Assembly: GCA_013265495.1 (NCBI GenBank) | Contig: MU058345.1 | Coordinates: forward strand, 124,001 to 188,000 | Length of the DNA stretch: 64,000 nucleotides | Direction: 5' to 3' | From: Vicugna vicugna | Taxonomy: Eukaryota | In this document: one piece after another, positions 37,901 through 48,200 of the stretch | Layout of the letters: the number at the start of each line of letters is the position of its first letter | Numbering within the stretch: position 1 is the stretch's first letter | Translations under genes and position numbers: made by a program | Notes under the pieces: model-generated | Told to the model about the DNA's origin: nothing | The model's input: only the letters and a program-made list of their open reading frames with translations | The model's database searches: none

Positions 37901-40900
37901 GCCCCAGGACGGATGCTGCATTTCTCCCTCCTCTGGGATGCTCTGGTTTGAACCGGGTGCACTGAGGGCTGGTAGAAGAGGCATCAGCTGTGAGCCAGGC
38001 AGTTCCTGGGTTTAAACCAGCAGGTGACTTTGGGCAGGGCTTTAATCCCCCTGAGCCTCAGTTTCTAATTCTGAATATGTGTAGAAAATAAAATGCAGGT
38101 CTACAGTCCCTTATTGGAAGTCCCAAACCAAAAGTGATTTGTTGGCAAAACCTGAACTTGGGCTTTTCAGAATCTTTTATTTAACCCACTTAGTCTGAAT
38201 AGCCATACCTTTCACTGCAGATGTACTGATGCATGTGACTACGGGACGCTGCCCAGACTCTGCTGGGGGTCAGGCAGAGTAAACGGTCTATGCACACCAT
38301 TACCTTTCTTTATATTTTTGTTAATGGAGGCACTGAAGATTGAACCCAGGACCTCGTGCATGCTAAGCACGTGCTCTACCACTGAGCTGCACCCTCCCCC
38401 CAAGCCATTACCTTTCTAACATTAGAAAAATTCCAAATTCTGAAGCACATCTAGTTGCAAGGGTTTCAGATAAGGGATTGTGGACCTGTACCTGCTTCTC
38501 AGGGTTGTGAGCATTAAGTGAGATATAGTGGAAAAGCATATAGCATGGAGAATGCTACTTGGTAAGTGTTCAATAAATTCCCACTGCCGGGCGGTGGAGG
38601 GGGGAGGGTGGGCAGCCATTGGAGAGATGCCCCACCCCCAGCCCTTTTGGTGAGCCTAGCAAGCCCACACTGACGCCTAGTGGCCACAGTTGGTCGTTAC
38701 ATCCACTGGCTAATTTGTCTTCTGTATCCTTGGTCATCACCCTAGCCTAGAGGCTCCTGGAATAAAGGTGAAGAAGATGGCTTATTGATTGGAACAGGTA
38801 CACTGCAAACTTAAATCCCCAGGTCCTCACGCAGGGGTGAGGTCTCAGTGTATGCGCTAGGGAGAGAAAAAGAAACCCGAGGGACAGAAGAGACCCTGAC
38901 TTCCTGTCCTCCACTTTGCAGACCCTCCTACGGTGACCCTGTCCATTGAGCCACAGACAGTGCAGGAGGGCGAGCGTGTCGTCTTCACGTGCCAGGCCAC
39001 AGCCAACCCCGAGATCCTGGGCTACAGGTGGGAGAGGGGGGCCAGGAGTGGGGGCTGCTGGGCAGGGCAGGCCACTAGCTGCGGGGAGGCACCCCGCAAG
39101 GCCTGACCCCTGCTTGGGGTTGCCTCCTCCCCCAGGTGGGCCAAGGGCGGCTTCTTGATTGAGGATGCCCACGAGAGTCGCTATGAGACCAACGTTGATT
39201 ACTCCTTCTTCACGGAGCCTGTGTCCTGTGAGGTCCACAACAAAGTGGGGAGCACCAATGTTAGCACGCTGGTCAACGTCCACTGTGAGTAGCTGCAGGA
39301 GGAGAAATTGAGATGGGGATGGAGGTGTTTAAAGGGCCCCTGGAGTGGGGGAGGCCCTGTGAGGCTGAGGAGACGGGGGAGTGGATGTGGGGAAGTGACA
39401 GGCCAGAGAAGGAGGAGGAGAAAGATTGGAGTTGAGCCCCAGTGAGACAGACCCTAAAGAGCTGTTCCATTCTACCTCAGTTGCCCCCCGGATTGTGGTT
39501 GACCCCAAACCCACGACCACAGACATTGGCTCTGATGTGACCCTCACCTGTGTCTGGGTTGGGAATCCCCCCCTCACCCTCACCTGGACCAAAAAGGACT
39601 CAAACATGGTAAGATGCTTGCTGCCTCTCCTGATCGCTGGGAGGAGGGAGCCCAGCCTCAGGCGGGGGTGGGGAGGGGGCAAAGGCGAGCAGCATCATTG
39701 TGCAAGTTCAACCTGGGACATTTCCAGGATCTTGGGGTTTGGAGGAGGACAGTGCTTGCAGTCAGCCCCACCCTCCTCGCAGACAGCTGGCCGGTTCAAT
39801 GGCAGTGGGAGGGACACGGCGACCTGTGGGTGGGAGGACGAGAGGGGGCCGGAGTGGAGCTGCGGCAGTAGCAAGAGATCTGGTAAATGAATGCTGCACA
39901 CAAGGCTGGGGAAGCTGGGATGATTCAGTAGAGAGGAGAAGGCTGAATTCTGCAGCTCTACAGTGACCTACATTGGACAGTTTGGGCTAAAAATTGCAGA
40001 AAGAGGGATTTCCAAGCCAAACTTCCTACCTCATTTGGCCAGAAAAGCACTTGAACAGATCACCAGAAGAGGCTGCGTCCTCTGTGCAACGATCACAGCC
40101 TCACTTGCCCTCTTGAGCCTTCCCTATCTCTGCGCACTCGTACAGAGATGATGTGTTTGAATGCGAAGCAGTTCAGTCAGGGGACGGACCAGATAGACTT
40201 GGGACCCTATTTCCCTTCTGGGCATTCACTTGTGGCCCTTCCTGCTTTCTTTCCAATGCCTCCAATGCGGGGGCCCACCCGGACCTAGGGGCCCAGGCCT
40301 CCTGGCTCCCCACCCGAGGCTGCTCTCTCTGCCCAGGTCCTGAGTAACAGCAACCAGCTGCTGCTGAAGTCGGTGACCCAGGCAGATGCCGGCACCTACA
40401 CCTGCCGGGCCATCGTGCCTCGGATCGGAGTGGCTGAGCGGGAGGTGCCACTTTATGTGAACGGTGAGTGGCCCGAGGGGGGCAGGGGTCTGGGGGTGGG
40501 GTGGGGTAGGTGCTGCAGGTTCCAGCTGGGCCTGACCGCATCCCCTTGCTTGCAGGGCCCCCCATTATCTCCAGCGAGGCCGTGCAGTACGCCGTCAGGG
40601 GTGACGGCGGCAAAGTGGAGTGTTTCATCGGGAGCACGCCCCCCCCAGACCGCATTGTGAGTCCGGGGACAGGCCGGGGGCCAGCAGCCTGCTTCTCTGC
40701 TCAGCTCAGCCTCTCCCCTCCATTCCCCACTTTCTTTGCCTTTGCTCCTCCCGTTTCCCCTGGCCTTTCCTGTGCTTCTCGTCTGCTGACTTGCTGTCCC
40801 TCTGGCCCTCTCCCTGCTCAAATGCTACCTCCTCCCTTACTTGTGTGAACTTGAGCCACGTACGCAGTGTTTGGAACCTCAGTTTCCTCATCCACAGAAT

Positions 40901-43900
40901 GGGGGCAGTGATCCCTGCGGAACAGGGCCACTGTGAGAAGTGATAGTGACCACAGGTGTGAAAGGTCTGGCGGAGCCCTGGCTGGGTGCGTTGGTGGTTC
41001 CCCTGGGCCTTCACGCTCACTCTTCCTTCTCCCTCGTCTCCTCCCCTTTCCTCAGCTTCCCCGTCTCTTCCTTGCCCCCTCTTCTGCCCACTGCCCTCTG
41101 CCTCTCCACCGTGCCGCCTCGGATCTGTCCCACCCGTCGTCCACTCTCTCCCTTCTGCCTTCCTTCTCCCACCAGCTCCTGCACCGCTCCCCGCTCCCCC
41201 CTCCCCTGCCCCCCACACCATGAGCCATTAATTCCTTCCGTGACCATTAACCGGCAAACCCCTCATCACATTTAATGACCATTTGGCTAACTCCAGGGCT
41301 GCCCAGGGACACTTCATTACCACGGCCGCCTGGGCAGCAGGCGGCTCGGCTCCCGGGGGGCCCTCCTTGCAGAGCTAGGAGGCCTGATCCCTGGAAAGGA
41401 GCCAGTTCTCAGCGACTCCCCCTCCCTCAGTCTCCACTCTGAGGGAGGGGACCCCAAGGGGGCGATGCCCCAGCGTGGGGGTAGAGGATGGAGGAGCCTG
41501 GGAGAGACCCCTCTCCTGTGACAACTCCCACTCCTTATCAGGGTCTGTGGATGGGCGGCCAGAGCTAGCAGGCGTGTTCTGGCAGGGCTGGCTGCGGGGT
41601 GGTTCAAAGTAAGGTGAAAGAGTTGAGTTATGTTTGGTTAGACTCTCAGACTGTCGGCGCTGGAGGGAAGCCGTCTGCCTCCAGCCTCGTCCTCTCCTTC
41701 CACAGATGAGGAAGCTGGGGCCTAGGGAGGGGAGGGGAGGCCGTACAGTTCAGGGGGAGAACCAGGCTTAGATCCTGGCTCTCCATCCAGGACCTGTTTT
41801 GCCACATTGGGGGTTCCCACATGTTGGTTCCTTGGATCAGCTGGCATTGTGACAGGAAAAGAGATTCCTGGGCCAGCCCCCTGGAGGGTCATATTTAGGA
41901 GATAAGCCCCCCCCCCCCGCCGGAATCTGCATGTTTAAGTGTCGCTGGGTGTATCTGGCACACGTCTCAGGCATGTTTGAGAGCCTCTGCTTCTACACTG
42001 GAGGCTCGGTGCCAGGACTGGGGCAACAGCTGTGACAGGGGCCTGCTGCAGGGCGAGCATGGGGCTGGGCGTCAGGGCACACGGGGTGAGGATGTGAGAG
42101 TGCCTCGAGGGTGAGCCAGGACTTTCCTCCACCTGCCTTTCCTCACCCTGTCCCGCCCTCCCCACCCACCCCAGGCATGGGCATGGAAGGAGAACTTCCT
42201 GGAGGTGGGGACCCTGGAACGCTACACGGTGGAGAGGACCAACTCGGGCAGCGGGGTCCTGTCCACGCTCACCATCAACAACGTCATGGAGGCCGACTTC
42301 CAGACCCACTACAACTGCACCGCCTGGAACAGCTTCGGGCCGGGCACGGCCATCATTCAGCTGGAAGAGCGAGGTGACGGCAGCGCTGGCTGTGCAGCCA
42401 GGGCGTGGGGCAGGCTGGGCACCCCGCTCCCTCTTCTCTCCGGGAGCACAGCTCAGAGACAACACTCTCTTGATCCTGCCCACCAGGGCCTAGCTTTGGT
42501 GCTCAGCTGGGGAAACCCACTTGCTTTTTTAAACATTTATGGAGAATCTGCTATGTGTCCGGCCCTGCGCTGGGGGCTGCGGGAGCAGATGTGAATGTCC
42601 CCGCCCTCCAGGAACTTTCAGTTTAGTGAAGGACTTACAGAGTAGTAGCAAATGACTTCAGATGGAGAAAAACCAAATGATCTGTGAAACAGTAACTCTG
42701 CCTACCTCACTGGATTCGTGTGAGGATTAAATGAGAGAATATCCTTAGAGTATCTGGCATATAATAGGTGCCCAGTAAGTTTTGGTTCCCCAACCTCTTC
42801 ACTAATCCTTAGTCTGATAAGAGACATATTCCCTTGCTTAAGGTACTTCTAACCTGATGAAAGAGGCATGCTTTTGACTTTTTTTGGAAGCTCCCAAGAA
42901 AGAGCGTTTAAAAAAAAAAAGAACTAGCCATTTGACATGGGAGAAGGAGGAAAATAACTGGGGACCTCCTCAGTTCTGTCTTAGATGAGGGCACCAGCGA
43001 GAACAAGGGGGTGGCGGGGAAGAGCAGATGGAGTAAGGCGGGACTTTGCAGGGAAGGCTGTCTGGAGGGGAAGAGCCTGACACAGATCTGATCCGTCCAG
43101 GACAGCCAGGAAGGGAGAGAGAGCTGGCAGCAGGATTCCTGGGGAGCAGGGGGAACCAACTGAGCCCTGGGAGGGTAGGTGCATCTACAGTGGTCACAAC
43201 GTGCAGGTGGGGAAGGTGGCGAAAGGGGTCAGAACACAGGTGGCAGGTGGGAGAATTCGGAGACAGTTGACCTCTGAGGAGCCCAGCCCAGGAAGGAGAG
43301 ACGAGCCTCACAGGCAGGTGGGCTGCAAGGGACAGACGGAGCACCGAGACCAGGATCAAGCTGATCCCGACTGTGATCAAGCTGAAGCTCAGGTCTAAAC
43401 CCAAACACAATGCAGACTTCCTCTCAAATACCCCCTCTACTTAAACTGAACGCAGCTCAGCAGACACCCCACCCTGTGCACAATCCAGCGGTGCGTGGGG
43501 CTTGGCACTGAGCTCAGATCCCCGGTGTGACTCCATCCTTAGCCCTGCCCCTTTCCTTCCCTCATCTGCAGAGGTGTTACCCGTGGGCATCATCGCCGGG
43601 GCCACCATTGGCGCAGGCATCCTGCTTATCTTCTTCTTCATCGCCTTGGTGTTCTTCCTCTACCGGCGCCGCAAAGGCAGTGAGTGTGGGCCCTATGCGA
43701 GCTGCCGCTCTCCCAGGGGTCCCCAACCAGCAGTGCCTGGGAGGGCCGAGAGGGGTTGGCTGCCGCACTCCCCAGCCCAGGTGGGTCCAGGAGCAGCCGC
43801 TGCAAAGGCTGGCAGAAAGCGTCCAGGCCGCTCCTCCTTGTCCCAGGTCGCAAAGACGTGACCCTTAGGAAGCTGGACATCAAGGTGGAGACAGTGAACC

Positions 43901-45279
43901 GTGAGCCACTCACCATGCACTCCGACCGGGAGGACGACACTGCCAGCGTCTCCACGGCAACCCGCGTCATGAAAGCCATCTACTCGGTGAGGTCCTCTCC
44001 TCCTTGGCCCACACCCTTCTTGGCCCACACCCTTAACACTCTTGGGACCAGCCCCACCTGGCCTACCTTGGTCCTGCCACACACACGTACACGTGCACAC
44101 ACACTACACGCTGACGCACACATGCGCATGCGCACACAAACACGTGCACACGCTCCCCAGGCTCATTTCCCTTCAGCAGAGGACAGACAGGCGGGGCCTC
44201 CACGGGCTTCCGGGGCCCCATCCTCCCACCATAGAGTGTCAGAGTTGGAAACCCCTATAAGTTTTGTGGCCAATTGCTTCACTGTTCGGATGAGGAAACA
44301 GCCTCATAGAGGAGCAGTGACATACCCAAGCATTGCATGTTAGGGACAAAATCAGTGCTAGAACCCAGGACTCTGGCCTCTTCCTGCCACATCCCAGAGC
44401 CTCTGCGCTGCTGGGACAGGACACAGAATTTAAGTCGGCCTGTGACCCCAGATCCTTCCCCTTAGCAGGTGGCCTGTGGGCGTGGGGATGGGGTGGGCAG
44501 CAGGGGACAAGAACAGGGCGTCCATCTCCTGACGCCCAACTCCTGCTGCTCTGCAGTCCTTCAAGGATGATGTGGACCTGAAGCAGGACCTGCGCTGTGA
44601 CACCATCGACACCCGGGAGGAGTATGAGATGAAGGTGGGGAAGGGGGAGGGGCCGGCGCACGGAGGAACAGAGCTGGAGAGCTACTGGCTGAGAACGCCG
44701 GGCAGAGCCAGAGAACGAGGCCCAGAGCTCCGTGGCCAGACGTGACACCCCTCCCCCAGGAGGGACCTCCCTCCTCCATGCTCTTCTCTCGTTGCCCCCC
44801 AGGACCCCACCAATGGCTACTACAACGTGCGTGCCCACGAGGACCGCCCGTCTTCCAGGGCAGTGCTCTATGCGGACTACCGGGCCCCGGGCCCCGCCCG
44901 CTTCGACGGCCGCCCGTCTTCCCGCCTCTCCCACTCCAGCGGCTACGCCCAGCTCAACACCTACAGCCGGGCGCCGGCCTCCGACTACGGCCCTGAGCCC
45001 ACAGCCCCTGGGCCCGCTGCCCCCGCTGGCACCGACACGACTAGCCAGCTGTCCTACGAAAACTATGAGAAGTTCAATTCCCATCCCTTCCCCGGGGCAG
45101 CAGGGTACCCCACCTACCGGCTGGGCTACCCCCAGGCCCCGCCCTCCGGCCTGGAGCGGACCCCGTACGAGGCGTATGACCCCATTGGCAAGTACGCCAC
45201 AGCCACGCGGTTCTCCTACACCTCCCAGCACTCGGACTACGGCCAGAGGTTCCAGCAGCGCATGCAGACTCACGTGTAG
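28797..45279 (+). CDS. KIRREL1: Kin of IRRE-like protein 1 (NEPH1), spliced CDS of exons 2-15, 5'-partial: five Ig-like domains, TM helix, cytoplasmic tail ending in PDZ-binding motif QTHV
   Basis: 14 exons join in frame through GT-AG introns: 150+150+158+151+106+149+128+127+101+199+108+140+78+477 = 2222 nt. Translation runs [25 protein letters not shown]...[11 protein letters not shown], matching KIRREL1 as I recall it. A 52-nt coding exon 1 would give 757 aa. Confidence 0.98.
30704..30853 (+). CDS. KIRREL1: KIRREL1 exon 3 (Ig1 C-half)
   Basis: ttcctgcag|CC TGG CCG CGG ([10 protein letters not shown]...DDASYECQA...KLTVL) ... CTC A|gtaatg. Confidence 0.97.
35672..35829 (+). CDS. KIRREL1: KIRREL1 exon 4 (Ig2 N-half)
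   Basis: ttccccacag|TC CCC CCG GAG ([12 protein letters not shown]...GAVAST) ... ACG|gtgaga. Confidence 0.97.
37305..37535 (+). mobile_element. Old L1 3'-end fragment (L1MC-like)
   Basis: actgtacaacacagagagtgaactctaacgtaaa...tatcagtattgg...atatgggaactctatattttct..tcaatttttctg..aatttaaaact is typical of L1MC 3' UTRs. Confidence 0.75.
37680..37830 (+). CDS. KIRREL1: KIRREL1 exon 5 (Ig2 C-half)
   Basis: cccacccag|GAG CTG CTG AAG ([11 protein letters not shown]...IELDVH) ... CAC C|gtgagc. Confidence 0.97.
38096..38488. mobile_element. Tc1/mariner (Tigger-like) non-autonomous DNA transposon
   Basis: 24-bp terminal inverted repeats caggtctacagtcccttattggaa (38096-38119) and reverse complement of 38465-38488 (caggtccacaatcccttatctgaa), 20/24 identical; flanked by TG and TA. 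Confidence 0.8.
38310..38404 (-). mobile_element. tRNA-Ala-derived SINE, camelid type
   Basis: Reverse complement ggggagggtgcagctcagtggtagagcacgtgcttagcatgcacgaggtcctgggttcaatc; perfect 13-bp TSD ccattacctttct (38297-38309 and 38405-38417). Confidence 0.92.
38922..39027 (+). CDS. KIRREL1: KIRREL1 exon 6 (Ig3 N-half)
   Basis: ctttgcag|AC CCT CCT ACG ([12 protein letters not shown]...EILGY) ... TAC AG|gtggga. Confidence 0.97.
39136..39284 (+). CDS. KIRREL1: KIRREL1 exon 7 (Ig3 C-half)
   Basis: ctcccccag|G TGG GCC AAG ([14 protein letters not shown]...TLVNVH) ... CAC T|gtgagt. Confidence 0.97.
39481..39608 (+). CDS. KIRREL1: KIRREL1 exon 8 (Ig4 N-half)
   Basis: tctacctcag|TT GCC CCC CGG ([11 protein letters not shown]...WTKKDSNM) ... 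ATG|gtaaga. Confidence 0.97.
40337..40463 (+). CDS. KIRREL1: KIRREL1 exon 9 (Ig4 C-half; alternative acceptor would start the exon at 40289)
   Basis: ctctgcccag|GTC CTG AGT AAC ([23 protein letters not shown]...PLYVN) ... AAC G|gtgagt. Confidence 0.96.
40556..40656 (+). CDS. KIRREL1: KIRREL1 exon 10 (Ig5 N-part)
   Basis: gcttgcag|GG CCC CCC ATT ([11 protein letters not shown]...PPDRI) ... ATT|gtgagt. Confidence 0.97.
42175..42373 (+). CDS. KIRREL1: KIRREL1 exon 11 (Ig5 C-part)
   Basis: caccccag|GCA TGG GCA TGG AAG ([12 protein letters not shown]...[10 protein letters not shown]...QLEER) ... CGA G|gtgacg. Confidence 0.97.
43572..43679 (+). CDS. KIRREL1: KIRREL1 exon 12 (transmembrane helix)
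   Basis: catctgcag|AG GTG TTA CCC ([36 protein letters not shown]) ... GGC A|gtgagt; hydrophobic stretch followed by RRRK. Confidence 0.97.
43847..43986 (+). CDS. KIRREL1: KIRREL1 exon 13 (cytoplasmic)
   Basis: ttgtcccag|GT CGC AAA GAC ([13 protein letters not shown]...MKAIYS) ... TCG|gtgagg. Confidence 0.97.
44557..44634 (+). CDS. KIRREL1: KIRREL1 exon 14 (cytoplasmic)
   Basis: ctctgcag|TCC TTC AAG GAT ([26 protein letters not shown]) AAG|gtgggg. Confidence 0.97.
44803..45279 (+). CDS. KIRREL1: KIRREL1 exon 15 coding part (Tyr-rich tail, C-terminal QTHV, TAG stop)
   Basis: gccccccag|GAC CCC ACC AAT GGC TAC TAC ([16 protein letters not shown]...QRMQTHV) TAG at 45277-45279. Confidence 0.97.
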   Translation, partial: DPTNGYYNVRAHEDRPSSRAVLYADYRAPGPARFDGRPSSRLSHSSGYAQLNTYSRAPASDYGPEPTAPGPAAPAGTDTTSQLSYENYEKFNSHPFPGAAGYPTYRLGYPQAPPSGLERTPYEAYDPIGKYATATRFSYTSQHSDYGQRFQQRMQTHV

Positions 45280-48200
45280 GGCCCGAGCCTGGCCGGGGCA
45301 TCTCTGCGGGGCAGAGGAGAAGGCTCTCACAGCTGTTCCCTGATATTCAGGGGCGTTGCTCGTTGTTGCTCCCGTCCTGGACCAGCCTTCCTCCTCCCAC
45401 CGTGGCAGGCGGGGAGCAGGTCTCCCGGAAACACCCCGTCCCGAGGATGGTGCTCTGTGCATGCCCCAGCCTCCTGGGCCTGCCTTTCCCTCTTCTTCGG
45501 GAGGATGTGTCTCTTCTGACCTGCACTCTCGCCTGGCCCCAGCCTGGGCACGGGGAAAGTGAAGGTTGCGGAGAGCAGAGGGGGCACTTTTTAGCATTCC
45601 CTTTCTATCTCACCCCTCTGGTCTCCCGTAAGTGGGCTGGGGTCCTGTGGGGATGAGCAGGCTTTGACCCAGGAGACATGAAGTGTGGGGGTGAGTGGCT
45701 CTGGCACAGGTAGATGGAATTGGGATAGACTGGCCGGTCCCTCTGTTTATCTGCACTCATACCTTCAGTGCATCTCTCCCTCCTCGGGATGCAGAAGGAC
45801 CTTGGATTTACTTTAGCCCTGGCACCGAGTTCAGATCCAGCCCTCATTCAGATGCCAATCATCCTGGCTGCCCACTGTGGACACCTGTCTGTCCGCCTCC
45901 CGAGGGGTTCCAGGTATCTCCCATAGCGCTGCCCTCTTTCCTTCTCTTCTGTGCTGGGCCAGCCAGAGAAACCAGAGGTTGTGTGGAGAAAGAAAGATCA
46001 GGAACCATGTCCTGATTCCCCAGCAAGACAGCTGTGTGCTACATAGAAGTTTCCAGAGCACATGCTAGAAGGAGCCCACCCAAGCCCCCTGCTCTCCCCA
46101 TTCTGCCCCACCTCCTGGCTTTAACTCTTGAGCCTGCCTGGGGGAGTGGGAGGGTGAGGGTGGGGGTACTATAGGATATTTTTCAAAGACAGACAAAAAA
46201 AAAACAATGAAAACCTCATTTGGAAAAAAGAAGCTGTAGAGAGTCCCCCCACCCAAATACAAGTCCCAGTGGAAAGGAAAGGGGTGTCTGTCTCCACCAG
46301 GCACCTTCCATTACTCTTTCAATCTCGAAGCACTTTGAATCCATTTTTAAACATTCAGGTGGTGAGACCTGTCACCCAGTAGGTTCTGCTAGGACAAGGA
46401 GGGGACCTGGCTGTCAGGCTCTGCTGTCCTACCCTAGGGGGAACCAGCTGGTTAGAGAGGCCACCTTCCAGGGGGCATGGGAGATGTTCTCTTTGGACAG
46501 GTTTGGGTTTGTTAAGTTTCTTTTTTTTTTTTTTTGTCTTGAGCCAATCAGATTCCTTCTTCCACTTTCAGTGCCTTCAGTGTCCAGCGTTGGTTGACTG
46601 GCCCTGTTTGGGTGGCTATGTGGGGAGCCGGTATTATGAGCCCAAAGTCACTGTCAAGTGTTGCAGAATTTAGGGGACATGGGTGAGGGGGCCTGGAGAG
46701 GAAGGGGGTCTGGTAAGAGGAAGGGCTGGCCAGGTAGGGTCACTCGGAAGGGCACTGCAGGCAGCCGCCCACATGCTGCCCCCATGCCCCCCACCCCCGT
46801 GCACGCATACCCACAGGCGCATTCGCATTCCCAGCCGCCACCTTCTGACCAAAGAGAACCGGCGCTCCAAAGAGAACTTGTCCCCCTGCCCCAGCCTCCC
46901 CTTCCCAAGAAGCAGGGTCTGGAGTCTGCTCTTCCCCTCGCTGGGTTCTAATGGGACCAGTCCTCCGTTGCAGTTCCCAGAACGCGCTTTGCCCTTTCTC
47001 GTGGTCACCGTTCATTAGCATGTTCACTTTAATGCGTTACACGCTCATCAGCCACGGGCCATCACCACCTTCGCGGATGGGTCTGTGGGGTGACATTCCT
47101 CGCCATCCCCTTACTGGTAAGGACCAGCCAGCACAGGAAGGCAGTTACTCGGCTTGGAGCCTCTCGGGCTGCCACTGCACCCTCCTCCATTTCAGTGGGG
47201 GTAAGTCCTGTGGACCCGCCCGGCCGGAAGCACGGTAGAGGCTCCTGGTTTTATTCCACCCCTTCCCCTGAAAGCTGACTCCTGACCCTGTGGAGTCTTT
47301 TTATGTGAACTCAGTAACAAGCTCTGTTAAGGATGCAGGTTCCTGTGCAAATTCATGCGTATTTTGATGATTTTCACAGAAGGCATGGGTAATATAAATG
47401 GTTAGAGTCTAAAGATGGTGGCTTTTTAAAACAGGAGTAAACCCCCAAAAAAGACATTTCTGTACGGGGTTTGGCCACATTCTCTTTTTTCCTCCTTTGG
47501 TTTTAGCTCTGGGTCCGTTCTGTTGAAATGATGGAGAGGAGGCGGCCCTGAAGTCACTAGGTAACTCGGCTGACCCTGCAGGCACCTTTGGGTTCAGAAG
47601 CCTGACACAGAGCTACTTCCCTGTTCTCTGTTCCTTAGCACATGACCTGGGGCCTCCTGGGTGTCAAGCTAGCACCGTGCAAGGCAATCGAGGCTGTCTC
47701 TGCCCTCTGCAACTTGCACTGTGGTCCGATCAGACTCTGAATTGGGACCGACCTGAGGCCAATGGAATTGCTTCCCTGGGGAGTAGAAGATGCCCTTGAG
47801 CTTTGAGCTTTGAGCTTTGTTGTCTAAGGCTGGAGTCCTCCAAGATGGTGCCTCAGTACTTGTGGTCACTTTGGTGATCCCGCCTGCCTTTGACATTCGG
47901 GGTTCTGTGGGAGGGGCCAGGGTTCAGGAGACATGGGACGCGGTCCTGAGGCTGCTGTTTACTGAGGGACCTTGGCCTAGCTTCTTACATTCACTGCGGC
48001 TCGTGTTCTGGTCTTTAAGGTCGCACAGACCTAGTCATTCTTCTCTTGCTGTGCTCTTGGTGAGGTGGAGGGGCCTCCCATCCCTGGCAAGGATTTGGAA
48101 ACAGTGACTGGGCAGGTGAAGGGATGGGGGAGTTGAAAGGTCCTCCTCTCTTGAAAGGAGCTGTCACCATGGGCTTCATCTTCCTGTTCAGAAGGGTTGT

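Noticed and set aside
39028..39135. In-frame retention of intron 6 (108 nt) or intron 14 (44635-44802, 168 nt), both multiples of 3
   Set aside because: Each contains an in-frame TGA (39104-39106; 44743-44745).
44239..45597. 452-aa minus-strand ORF, the longest in the window
   Set aside because: Antisense shadow of GC-rich KIRREL1 exons 14-15; low-complexity G/R/A/V translation with no recognisable domain.
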